From Candidatus Caldarchaeales archaeon (GTDB lineage Archaea > Thermoproteota > Nitrososphaeria_A > Caldarchaeales > Wolframiiraptoraceae), in NCBI GenBank assembly GCA_039630055.1, contig JBCNVN010000018.1, positions 1 to 29,198 on the forward strand: 29,198 bases of DNA, given 5' to 3'. Shown piece by piece: positions 1 through 8,639 of this stretch; the stretch's first letter is position 1, and each line of letters begins with the position of its first letter. The notes beneath the pieces are model-generated. The model was not told the DNA's origin. It worked only from the letters and a program-made list of their open reading frames with translations, and did no database searches. A program made the position numbers and the translations under genes.

Positions 1-1
1 A

Positions 2-1045
2 TTACTTGGAGATCCATCAAAACATGATCCATTAAAGCCTGGAGGAGTATTCGATGAAGATGACATATATACGATTAACAGATTGATACAAGCTCTCAAT
101 GAATTAAAAGAATATGAATTCATCTATCTAATGAATCACGATACTCTGTTACATGATTTAATAAAGATTAGAAATAGGATAGACCTAGTCTTCAATCTAT
201 GTGACGAGGGATTTTATAACGATCCTAGAAAAGAATTACATATCCCTGCTCTTCTCGAGACCCTAGGCATACCCTACACAGGTGCTGGACCGAGATGTCT
301 CGCCTACTGTTACGATAAAAGCTTAGTTAGAGGTATCGCTAAAGAGATGGGGATACCTGTCTCAAGGGCAGTATTCTTGAAGACTGATGACTTAACAATA
401 CAGATACCATTCGATTTTCCAGCAATCGTTAAGCCGAACTTTGGGGATAGTAGCTTTGGTATAACGTCCAGGAGCGTCGTTTATAATGAAGAACAGTTGC
501 TGAATGCGATATCTGAGTTGAGGGGAAAATTCAACTATAGTGGACCTATACTGATCGAAGAATTCCTAGTTGGAAAAGATCTTACTCTAGGGATAATCGG
601 TAATCCTCCAGAAGACTACATGGTCTTACCTATTACAGAAGAAGATTATAGTGTTCTCCCAGAGGGTTTACCGCCACTATGCAGTTATGAGGCAAAGTGG
701 ATCCCTGAATCACCATATTGGAATATTAGATCGGTTCCTGCAAACATTCCTCAAGAAGTTAGAGAGTATATAGTCGAGAGTAGTCTAAAGCTGTTCAGTC
801 GACTTGAATGTAGAGATTATGCGAGATTTGACTGGAGACTAGATTCTGAAGGCAATCCCAGACTTCTAGAAGTGAATCCGAATCCTGGATGGTGTTGGGA
901 TGGGCATCTAGCAAAGATGGCTGCATACGCTGGGATAAGTTATTCAGAAATGTTGGAAATGATATTGAAGTCTTCTGAAAAGAGGCTCGGTATCCAAAAG
1001 CCAGATGTAAAGAAGGTTGAGCAAACTCTAAAGAGTAAGAGCTAG
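2..1045 (+). CDS. D-Ala-D-Ala ligase-like ATP-grasp protein, 5'-truncated by the window edge
   Basis: Frame is open from base 2 (LLGDPSKHDPLKPGGVFDEDD...), so the true start lies upstream. Ddl-family motifs: LVFNLCDEG, LGIPYTGAG, DK, PAIVKP..GDSSFGI, ILIEEFLVG, SYEAKW, CRDYARFDWR, LLEVNPNPG. Confidence 0.85.
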   Translation, partial: LLGDPSKHDPLKPGGVFDEDDIYTINRLIQALNELKEYEFIYLMNHDTLLHDLIKIRNRIDLVFNLCDEGFYNDPRKELHIPALLETLGIPYTGAGPRCLAYCYDKSLVRGIAKEMGIPVSRAVFLKTDDLTIQIPFDFPAIVKPNFGDSSFGITSRSVVYNEEQLLNAISELRGKFNYSGPILIEEFLVGKDLTLGIIGNPPEDYMVLPITEEDYSVLPEGLPPLCSYEAKWIPESPYWNIRSVPANIPQEVREYIVESSLKLFSRLECRDYARFDWRLDSEGNPRLLEVNPNPGWCWDGHLAKMAAYAGISYSEMLEMILKSSEKRLGIQKPDVKKVEQTLKSKS

Positions 1046-1069
1046 ATCCTTCAACGTATTAAACTAATT

Positions 1070-1552
1070 TCACCCTCTCTTTCTCGATTTATCCAATTCG
1101 CCACGGGCCACCCTCCTGACCTCTTCAATCACATCATCTCCATAGCCTAATTGTTTTAATCCACGTAATACCGCGCTCAGATACTGTTCTGACGGCCTGA
1201 TCCATCTACCTCTACTAGTTGTAGAGATGTAAGTAATGCTTTCTAATATTCTATGGTCTACCAACTCGACGATTACTTTACGTTTAGAGAATAGGCTTGG
1301 TACGCCTACGACTCTATCAAGCTTGCTAAATTGTTCGGTTTCAACTCTGTAGACTGCACCGTATACTATACCTTCTTTATCTTCCACTATATTTGCTACC
1401 CCACCCTTCCAACTATGAGAGAATACATCAAAGACTAGCCTATATCCTCTTAATAATGCTCTTTCAGGTTCACTGACCTCTCCGATAACCTTCTTCAGTA
1501 GATTCTTATCAAGCGCCCAACCATAAGCAAAGAACCATCCCTCAGAGTTCAC
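1070..1552 (-). CDS. Gamma-glutamylcyclotransferase (GGCT/AIG2-like) fold protein, catalytic Glu apparently replaced
   Basis: FFAYG N-terminal motif, A.L.GYRLVF, GG.ANIV, VYGAVY, LDR..G, PS..YL. GTG start with SD GGTGGTGG upstream. Confidence 0.8.
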   Translation of the reverse strand: MNSEGWFFAYGWALDKNLLKKVIGEVSEPERALLRGYRLVFDVFSHSWKGGVANIVEDKEGIVYGAVYRVETEQFSKLDRVVGVPSLFSKRKVIVELVDHRILESITYISTTSRGRWIRPSEQYLSAVLRGLKQLGYGDDVIEEVRRVARGELDKSRKRG

Positions 1553-1707
1553 GATGCTCCACCACCATCATCTACAATCTATTAATTAAAAAATAGTAAT
1601 AGAATCTTAAGATATCTCCTTAGCGGACTGGGTTGGAATAGATTTTTTGAGAGATCTAGGAAGCTGGATCCGAGTCTATTCAAACAGCATTATTAATGGT
1701 AAATCAA

Positions 1708-3396
1708 TTATGATTGCAGGTTAAAATTTTTCTTTATCCTATCTAGTTCTTCCATCTTTGTTTTCACGTATTCTTCATCGATCTTTTTGAAAAGTGGACT
1801 CGGCTCCCTTATCTTATGCCCAGGCATGATAGTCTTTTCTACATCGCTCCATCTTAATTCTTCAACCTTCTTATCTATGTTTAAGTAGTTGAGTATTTTT
1901 TGAGAGGTAAATGGAAGATATGGAGATAATATTACAGCGAGAGCATGGACGACTTGAGCTAAGACATACATAGTTCTAGGACCTTCTTCAAGATTTCTCC
2001 AAGGCGATTTCTCATTTAGATACCTGTTCCCTTCCTGTGCCAATCTAAGTATTTCTCTCAATCCCTCTCTAAATTCACATGCTTCAACCTTCTCCCTAAA
2101 TTCTTCAACTATCTTACAGCATTCTTCAAGCATCTTTTTATCTATCTCACCAAGCTCTCCAGGGTTAGGTATAACACCACCCATCCTTTGGTAAATATAT
2201 GTTAGAACTCTGTGGATGAAGTTTCCTAGGGTTCCTATTAGTTCATTGTTTATCTTCTCTGCAAAGTCTTGCCACTTGAAGTCGGTATCCTTTGTTTCTG
2301 GAGCTATAGCTGTAGCATAGTATCTTATAATATCTGGTTCATGGTCTTTTAGAAGATCATGTAGCCATATGACCCAGCCTCTACTAGTAGAGATCTTTTC
2401 ACCTTCCAGGTTTACGAATTCGTTGACAACCACATTGTAAGGTAGTACGTAATCTCCATGACCTATCAATATAGCGGGGAACAAGATAGTATGAAAGAAT
2501 AGATTGTCTTTGCCGATGAAACAATATAGTTTTGTCTCTTTATCTAACCAGAAATCTTTAAAAGCTTCTGGATTCTTTAAGACATTCTCGGCCAAGTCTT
2601 TTGTAGCGGAGATGTATCCGAGAAGGTTTTCAGCCCAGTTATATATGACTTGATCTTCAGACCCTGGAAAAGGTGCAGGCGGACCCCATTCATAATCTCT
2701 TGTGATATCCTTATCTCTTAATCCTTCCTTCTCTAGCCACGATACTGTCTTATTATATGTTGCCCTCCTCCAATGTTTTTTATCCTCTACATATTTTAAT
2801 ACTTCTTTTGTTAATGCGCTTAGTTTAAGGAAGAAGTGAGTCTTATTTATTATCTCTGGTCTAGTTCCACATAAGGTGCATCTTGGTTCAAGTATCTCGA
2901 AAGATTCATACCATGAGCCACATACTTCACATACATCACCATACTGGTCATCTGCACCACATCTTGGACAGGTTCCTTTAACAAATCTATCTGGAAGAAC
3001 CATCCTATCATTCGGACACCACCACTGTTTAATCTCCTTCGGATATACATACCCTTTATCCCACAATCTAGTATAGAATTCTTTCACTATCTCATAGTGT
3101 ATTGGCTTACTTGTTCTCGAAAAGATATCAAAGCTGATCCCAAGCTTTTCAAAGACATCTTTCTGGATAGGATAATATTTATCGCATAACTCTTTAGGGG
3201 TCATCTTCTGTTTAATAGCTTCCAATACTATACTGCTGGCATTCTCATCGGTTCCACAGACAAAGACAACCTCGTCTCCAAGCAATCTCCGAAACCTCGC
3301 ATAGATGTCTGCTGGTAGATAGGCTCCAGCCAGATGTCCAAAATGTCTAGGAGCATATGAGTATGGGAGAGCCGCGGTAATCAGGTATTTCCCGAG
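1708..3396 (-). CDS. metG: Methionyl-tRNA synthetase, short form without C-terminal tRNA-binding domain; start codon anomalous
   Basis: The frame extends upstream of the ORF-track TTG (3285) as LGKYLITAALPYSYAPRHFGH..AYLPADIYARF (HIGH motif = HFGH), up to an in-frame TGA at 3402-3400. Also GTDE, Zn-knuckle Cys pairs, GKDN..FH, KISTS (KMSKS equivalent), GNFIHR and PW anticodon-domain motifs. Confidence 0.93.
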   Translation of the reverse strand, partial: LGKYLITAALPYSYAPRHFGHLAGAYLPADIYARFRRLLGDEVVFVCGTDENASSIVLEAIKQKMTPKELCDKYYPIQKDVFEKLGISFDIFSRTSKPIHYEIVKEFYTRLWDKGYVYPKEIKQWWCPNDRMVLPDRFVKGTCPRCGADDQYGDVCEVCGSWYESFEILEPRCTLCGTRPEIINKTHFFLKLSALTKEVLKYVEDKKHWRRATYNKTVSWLEKEGLRDKDITRDYEWGPPAPFPGSEDQVIYNWAENLLGYISATKDLAENVLKNPEAFKDFWLDKETKLYCFIGKDNLFFHTILFPAILIGHGDYVLPYNVVVNEFVNLEGEKISTSRGWVIWLHDLLKDHEPDIIRYYATAIAPETKDTDFKWQDFAEKINNELIGTLGNFIHRVLTYIYQRMGGVIPNPGELGEIDKKMLEECCKIVEEFREKVEACEFREGLREILRLAQEGNRYLNEKSPWRNLEEGPRTMYVLAQVVHALAVILSPYLPFTSQKILNYLNIDKKVEELRWSDVEKTIMPGHKIREPSPLFKKIDEEYVKTKMEELDRIKKNFNLQS

Positions 3397-3527
3397 CGCT
3401 CATCCCCCCGCGCTAATATAACTAGAGGCCATGTATTTAATCTATTCTCATCATCACCAAGAGATCTATTATAGTCTTTTAAATGAGAGATCTAAAAGAG
3501 GAAGATACATATTTATGATCTTTCTTT

Positions 3528-6500
3528 ATGTATGCCGGATTAAGGAAGAAAATGATGATATTGAAAAATGCATGTCCAAACTGTGGAGGAGAGATAGAAG
3601 ACGAGCTCCTCCTTAAAAGAAGTGTATGTAGATCTTGTCTAGATATATCTTCTGATGTGATAGATCCTAAGATTATAGGAAAATTGTTGAGAGAAAGAGG
3701 GAAGCTTCTCGACTATCGGAAAATAGTTGAACTTGAAGAAGAGTTTGAAAGGTTTAGGGAGGAATTTAAGAAAGCTACCGGAAACTATCCTTGGTATCTT
3801 CAAGAAGTCTGGGCAAGGCTCGTCCTACAGGATGAGAGCTTCTCGATAATAGCTCCAACGGGAGTTGGAAAGTCGCTGTTCTGCCTGGTCATGGCCCTAT
3901 ACCTAATCAAACATAAGAATAGGAGATGTTACATAATTTTCTCTAGTAGTCTACTAGTCGATCAAGCATCATCAACAGCATTAGACTTCATGAAGAAATT
4001 AGGGATAGATCAAGATCTGTTAGCATATTATCACTCGGGGTTAAAGAGTACGCTAAGAGATGAGATGCAGAAAAAGATTCTGGAAGGAAAGTTTAAACTT
4101 CTAATTACCACGGATAGGTTCCTGATACGTAGAATCGATGAGATAATCGGCATAAAGATAGACAACATATTTGTTGACGATGCAGAATCACTTCTGAGAA
4201 CCCCTAAGAACATTGACAAGATACTTAAAATCCTTGGATTCTCAGAAGAGATAATCCATAAGGTATTCGAGATGATTAAGCTTAGAAGTCGGTTAAGATC
4301 TCAGAGTCAAGAGATTAGAGAAGAATATGAAAAGTTACTATACGACATCTCTAGAGAGAAAAACAAGGCTCATGGAAAATTAGTAGTGGCTGGTGCAACT
4401 CTAGGACCGAATCTTTCTAAGAGAATAAAAATCTTGAATGAGCTATTAGGATTTGATATCGGAGTAGCCCCAAGATTTTTGAGAAATATCATTGACTTCA
4501 GAATGAAGATTGCTGAGGATGCCATAGGTCAAGTAGTCGAACTTATTAAGCTCCATGGAGGCGGAGTTTTAGTACTCGTCTCAATACCCTTCGGTAAAGA
4601 GTTCGCTAAAAATCTTACTGAGAGATTGAACAGAGAGGGGATAGATGCATACCTATATGAGAAGATGGAGGAGGGGATTCTTCAGAGATTTAGCAGTGGA
4701 GAGTTCAAAGCTCTCGTTGGATTTTCCACGAGTAGAAGTCCATTCGTAAGAGGGATAAATTTGCCGGAGACGATAAGATATGCTATCTTTATAGGTGTTC
4801 CGAGACGCGAGATTAGAATAGACAAGTATGAAGTGAATCCTAACAAACTCTACATGCTATTAACGAACGTTTTAGAAGTTATAGATGAAGATAAGAAATC
4901 TAGAGCTCTCAGAATAGTTCGAGACCTCAAAAAGATAGTTCCAGCTAGAAGGGATGTCGTAGAAGAGATTGGAGAAGTTTTGAGAAGTGGAAAGCAGGCT
5001 CGCTCCACTGTAAATTACGCTGTCAATATAACGAGGGAGGCTGCAGAATTTACCTCAGGTCTATTAACTGATGAATTTCTCAAGAAGATAGAAGAATTCT
5101 CTGACGTTTCTGTGAAAAGAATTGGAGAAGAGCTAAGGATAACAATACCAGATGTTAAGGGATATCTTCAAGCTTCTGGAAGAACGTCGAGGCTCTATGT
5201 AGGAGGAGTATCAAGAGGAGTTTGTATTCTACTCAATGATGATGAAAAAACTTTAGTTGGATTAACTAGGAGGCTGAAATCTCTTCTAGAAGATTTCGAA
5301 TGGATTGATTATGACTACGTTAAAGCTGTAAACGAGTTCATGATAGTAGATAAAGATAGAGAGCTTATCAGAAAGAGTAGAGAATCTCATTTAACACCTC
5401 ATAAACCTATCATGCTTCGTGAAGCTCTCATGATAGTAGAATCACCCAATAAGGCTAGGACTATCGCAAAATTCTTCGGTAGACCATCGAAGAGAAAGAT
5501 AGATGGATTGACTGTATATACCACTCATACTGGTGACGTAGTGTTAGATATAGTCGCGACAATGGGGCATGTCACCGACCTCTCAATAGAACCAGGATAC
5601 CATGGAGTGATTATCGATAAGGATAACTTCAGTGCATTGTTCTCTCCTATCCAAAGATGTGAAAAGTGTGGATATCAGTTCATTGACAGCGATACTTGTC
5701 CATCGTGTGGAAGCACAAAAATATCATCAAAAAAGTCGATAATAGATGTTTTGAGAAAGATCGCATTATCGGTGAACGAGGTTTACATAGCAACGGATCC
5801 CGACTCTGAAGGTGAGAAGATAGCATACGACCTAACCTGTCTATTGCGACCTTTTAACCCAAAAATCTTCAGAATAGAGTTCCATGAAGTAACTAGAAGA
5901 GCTTTGATAAGTTCTTTAGCTGATAAACATAGTTACTCTAGGAACCTAGTCTCAGCCCAGTTGGTTAGACGTATCGAAGATAGATGGTTTGGTTTCGAAC
6001 TCAGTAGAAAGTTATGGGAATACTTTGGCTCTAGAAATCTATCGGCAGGGAGAGTTCAAACACCTGTCTTAGGCTGGATAGTAAAGAGGATGGAAGAAGC
6101 CAAGAAGAAGAAGACTATAATGAGAGTTCGGCTAGACAATGGGGTTGAAATCCTTTTCGAGAACCCTGAAAACCTAGATAAAATCATGAAGAAATACGAG
6201 GATAAGCAGCTCACTGTTAAAATCTCAGAAGTTAGTGAAGATATAGAGATAGTGAACCCTCCTCCACCATACATTACCGCGACCCTTCTTCAAGATGCTT
6301 TCACATATCTACGATACCCGGTAGACCAAACCATGATGTTGGCACAAGAACTTTTCGAGAGCGGATTCATAACATATCATAGAACAGACTCGACTACTGT
6401 ATCAACGGTAGGACTCAATCTAGCGAGAGATTACATAGACTCAAAGAAACTTGGAGAATTCAAAGCTAGAACATATGCTCATAAAGGAGCCCATGAATGT

Positions 6501-7148
6501 ATTAGACCTGTCCGAGGTTTAGATAAGCCGAAACTACAACAGTATATACAGATTGGATTGTTAAAACCTGTAATCGAGATGACGGATAAACATCTCAAAC
6601 TTTATGACTTGATATTTAGACGATTTATAGCCAGTCAAATGAGTCCGGCGGTAGCTAGTGTCCAAACCTGTATCGTGAATATCGAGGATAATGTGCTAAG
6701 AGTAAAAAGGATCGTTGACATCTTGGATGAGGGATTTAATAAGTTGTTTCCAATACTTCGATTAGAGACTAGATTATATGATGGTGAACAATTCGTCAAA
6801 GAGATAAAGGTCCAAAAGGTTCCAGCCGTTCGAATCTATTCTGAAGGAGATATAATACATCTTATGAGAGAGAGGAGGATAGGGAGGCCGAGCACATATA
6901 GTAGAATTCTTCAGGTCTTGTATGATAGAAGTTACATATTTGAAAATAGAGGAAAGATAATATCGACGAGTAAAGGTAGAAGAGTTTATGAATACTTAGA
7001 GAAAAACTTTAGTGAGTATATCTCAGAGGAAACTACTAGAGAGCTTGAAGAGATTATGGATAAGATAGAAGATGGAGAAGAAGATTATCTAGAAGTCTTG
7101 AAAAGGCTTAGAGAACAAGCTCAAAAAATAGCTCTAAAAACTACTTGA
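3528..7148 (+). CDS. rgy: Reverse gyrase
   Basis: N-terminal Zn finger CPNCGG..CRSC; SF2-like domain APTGVGKS, QASGRTSR; topo IA domain IVESPNKA, second Zn finger, TDPDSEGE, SAGRVQTP, catalytic ITYHRTDS, AHECIRP, GRPSTY. Start may be the ATG at 3552 or 3555. Confidence 0.97.
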   Translation: MYAGLRKKMMILKNACPNCGGEIEDELLLKRSVCRSCLDISSDVIDPKIIGKLLRERGKLLDYRKIVELEEEFERFREEFKKATGNYPWYLQEVWARLVLQDESFSIIAPTGVGKSLFCLVMALYLIKHKNRRCYIIFSSSLLVDQASSTALDFMKKLGIDQDLLAYYHSGLKSTLRDEMQKKILEGKFKLLITTDRFLIRRIDEIIGIKIDNIFVDDAESLLRTPKNIDKILKILGFSEEIIHKVFEMIKLRSRLRSQSQEIREEYEKLLYDISREKNKAHGKLVVAGATLGPNLSKRIKILNELLGFDIGVAPRFLRNIIDFRMKIAEDAIGQVVELIKLHGGGVLVLVSIPFGKEFAKNLTERLNREGIDAYLYEKMEEGILQRFSSGEFKALVGFSTSRSPFVRGINLPETIRYAIFIGVPRREIRIDKYEVNPNKLYMLLTNVLEVIDEDKKSRALRIVRDLKKIVPARRDVVEEIGEVLRSGKQARSTVNYAVNITREAAEFTSGLLTDEFLKKIEEFSDVSVKRIGEELRITIPDVKGYLQASGRTSRLYVGGVSRGVCILLNDDEKTLVGLTRRLKSLLEDFEWIDYDYVKAVNEFMIVDKDRELIRKSRESHLTPHKPIMLREALMIVESPNKARTIAKFFGRPSKRKIDGLTVYTTHTGDVVLDIVATMGHVTDLSIEPGYHGVIIDKDNFSALFSPIQRCEKCGYQFIDSDTCPSCGSTKISSKKSIIDVLRKIALSVNEVYIATDPDSEGEKIAYDLTCLLRPFNPKIFRIEFHEVTRRALISSLADKHSYSRNLVSAQLVRRIEDRWFGFELSRKLWEYFGSRNLSAGRVQTPVLGWIVKRMEEAKKKKTIMRVRLDNGVEILFENPENLDKIMKKYEDKQLTVKISEVSEDIEIVNPPPPYITATLLQDAFTYLRYPVDQTMMLAQELFESGFITYHRTDSTTVSTVGLNLARDYIDSKKLGEFKARTYAHKGAHECIRPVRGLDKPKLQQYIQIGLLKPVIEMTDKHLKLYDLIFRRFIASQMSPAVASVQTCIVNIEDNVLRVKRIVDILDEGFNKLFPILRLETRLYDGEQFVKEIKVQKVPAVRIYSEGDIIHLMRERRIGRPSTYSRILQVLYDRSYIFENRGKIISTSKGRRVYEYLEKNFSEYISEETTRELEEIMDKIEDGEEDYLEVLKRLREQAQKIALKTT

Positions 7149-7164
7149 GTACTGACAGTACTCA
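7146..7164. repeat. Perfect 9-bp inverted repeat with 1-nt spacer over the rgy stop codon
   Basis: TGAGTACTG-A-CAGTACTCA read directly from the sequence. Confidence 0.6.
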
Positions 7165-7343
7165 GACATTTACAATAAAAAATCATCAGACATGGTTGAT
7201 ATTTGTATTCACCCTGCATGGTGTTATCTATTATCGATGAAATCGTATATGGGATTATAATCATCAAAACATCATTCTTCTTAAGAAATGTTGGAAGATC
7301 TATATGGTTAGTCTTACTCGGATTTTCCAATAAGTGTATCGAC

Positions 7344-7646
7344 TTATCTTATTCTCTTCTTTATCTCTGAGGCTACCTCGACCCCCAATTGAGAGACAAA
7401 TTCTTCAAATTTCTTTTCATCTGAAACTAGTATGAGATTTTTGGATATCTTCTCCGCTGTTCTCTCTATAAACTCATCCGTAGCACCTTCTATGCTCTTA
7501 GATATCTCATTGAGTAACAAGAAGGCTTGCAAAAGTCTAAGGGGTCCATAAGATTTAGGTTCTCTAAAACATCCCTTAGCACTCGAAATAAGAAAGCATG
7601 CTAACTCAAATATTCTATCTCTAATCGTTTCCAGATCTCTCTCCAT
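7344..7646 (-). CDS. Small helical protein, DUF6092-like
   Basis: FELACFLISSAKG..EPK.YGPLRL pattern recalled for DUF6092. SD GGGTTGA 3 nt before the ATG; 11 bp downstream of the nitroreductase. Confidence 0.65.
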   Translation of the reverse strand: MERDLETIRDRIFELACFLISSAKGCFREPKSYGPLRLLQAFLLLNEISKSIEGATDEFIERTAEKISKNLILVSDEKKFEEFVSQLGVEVASEIKKRIR

Positions 7647-7657
7647 GGCTCAACCCT

Positions 7658-8197
7658 TCAATATATTCTTACAATTAGCTGATCTAGAGGTAGTCTCTCA
7701 GTATGAGGAGGCCTATTTACTGGTTTTCCAACCGTTATGATAATGATGGGTTTTAAGTGGTTGGGTAATTCTAGGAGGTCCGCAACTCCCTCAGGATCGA
7801 ATGAGGCCACTGGGCAGGTTCCTAAACCCAATGTGTGAGCATATAAGAGAATGTTCTGCATGGCCGCTCCTATGTCTATGAGCTGGAATTTTTCTGGGAG
7901 GTCTGCTCTGGAAAGATCATGGCATACTATTATGAGTGCTGGAGGATCGCCGAACATTCCAGGAGACATCATCTTTATAGCCTTTACTAATTTCTTGTCA
8001 GTGATTATAACAAACTTCCAAGGTTGGAGATTACTCCCCGACGGAGCCCATCTAGCTGCTTCTATAAGTAACCTCAACTCTTCTACAGGTATTGTCTCAT
8101 CTTTATATTCTCGGATACTTCTCCGTTCCTTTATTATTTCTAGCATTTTTGATGAATACTCTGAAATTTTTCTTTCAGATCTATCTATCTCAGCCAT
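7658..8197 (-). CDS. Nitroreductase family protein (FMN-binding)
   Basis: RRSIREY, AARWAPSGSNLQPWKF, DIGAAMQNILL.A..LGLGTC, ITVGKP. Confidence 0.93.
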   Translation of the reverse strand: MAEIDRSERKISEYSSKMLEIIKERRSIREYKDETIPVEELRLLIEAARWAPSGSNLQPWKFVIITDKKLVKAIKMMSPGMFGDPPALIIVCHDLSRADLPEKFQLIDIGAAMQNILLYAHTLGLGTCPVASFDPEGVADLLELPNHLKPIIIITVGKPVNRPPHTERLPLDQLIVRIY

Positions 8198-8639
8198 TAC
8201 TTATCGAGTTGGATTCAGACTCACAAGGATATAAATGTTGGAGATAAGCTTTATTGAATGTTGATAGCTGATTATCTACATCATTAACATGATTAGCTTC
8301 TTTCACTTTGCTGTCTCAATCATAAAGAAGTAGAGGGCCACAGTTGAAGAGAACATGCTGAGGATGCGATACCTTTAATCCTCAATCTTAAATCTGATAT
8401 TCATGAGTCGTTGAGGCAATTTATATTGACATCTATTCATAATCCTAATCATTGATTCTACAAAAACCTCCTAGGTATAGTTAGAGGTCTAGTCAATGAC
8501 CTGAATAGAGGATTGTAGGCTATTCTTCTCAAATATGCTTTATAATATTCTATTTATATCTAGTCTATTAGATTATCCCATATAATCCGAGCCATCATCA
8601 ATTTGTAAAAGCATTATTTGGATCCTGCTAAAATCTATC

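Noticed and set aside
2850-6274. Short alternate-frame or antisense ORFs in and around metG and rgy (2850, 2876, 3431, 4031, 6056)
   Set aside because: They overlap well-supported genes and have no motifs; shadow ORFs.
7121-7330. 69-aa minus-strand ORF, and a TGATGA...CTGA C/D-box-like pattern near 7162-7188
   Set aside because: The ORF overlaps the rgy end and has no recognisable features. The boxes lack a full C-D'-C'-D layout, and the AT-rich spacers are unlike thermophile rRNA guides.
8344-8397. TTGAAGA..CTGA..ATGCGA..CTCA, a C/D sRNA-like arrangement
   Set aside because: Boxes are degenerate and the first guide is only 7 nt.
8458-8525. Mutually exclusive short stems (CTACAA/TTGTAG, AGGTC/GACCT, GAATAG/CTATTC) suggesting an RNA switch
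   Set aside because: Stems of 5-6 bp are expected by chance and are too weak at high temperature; the site is far from any start codon.
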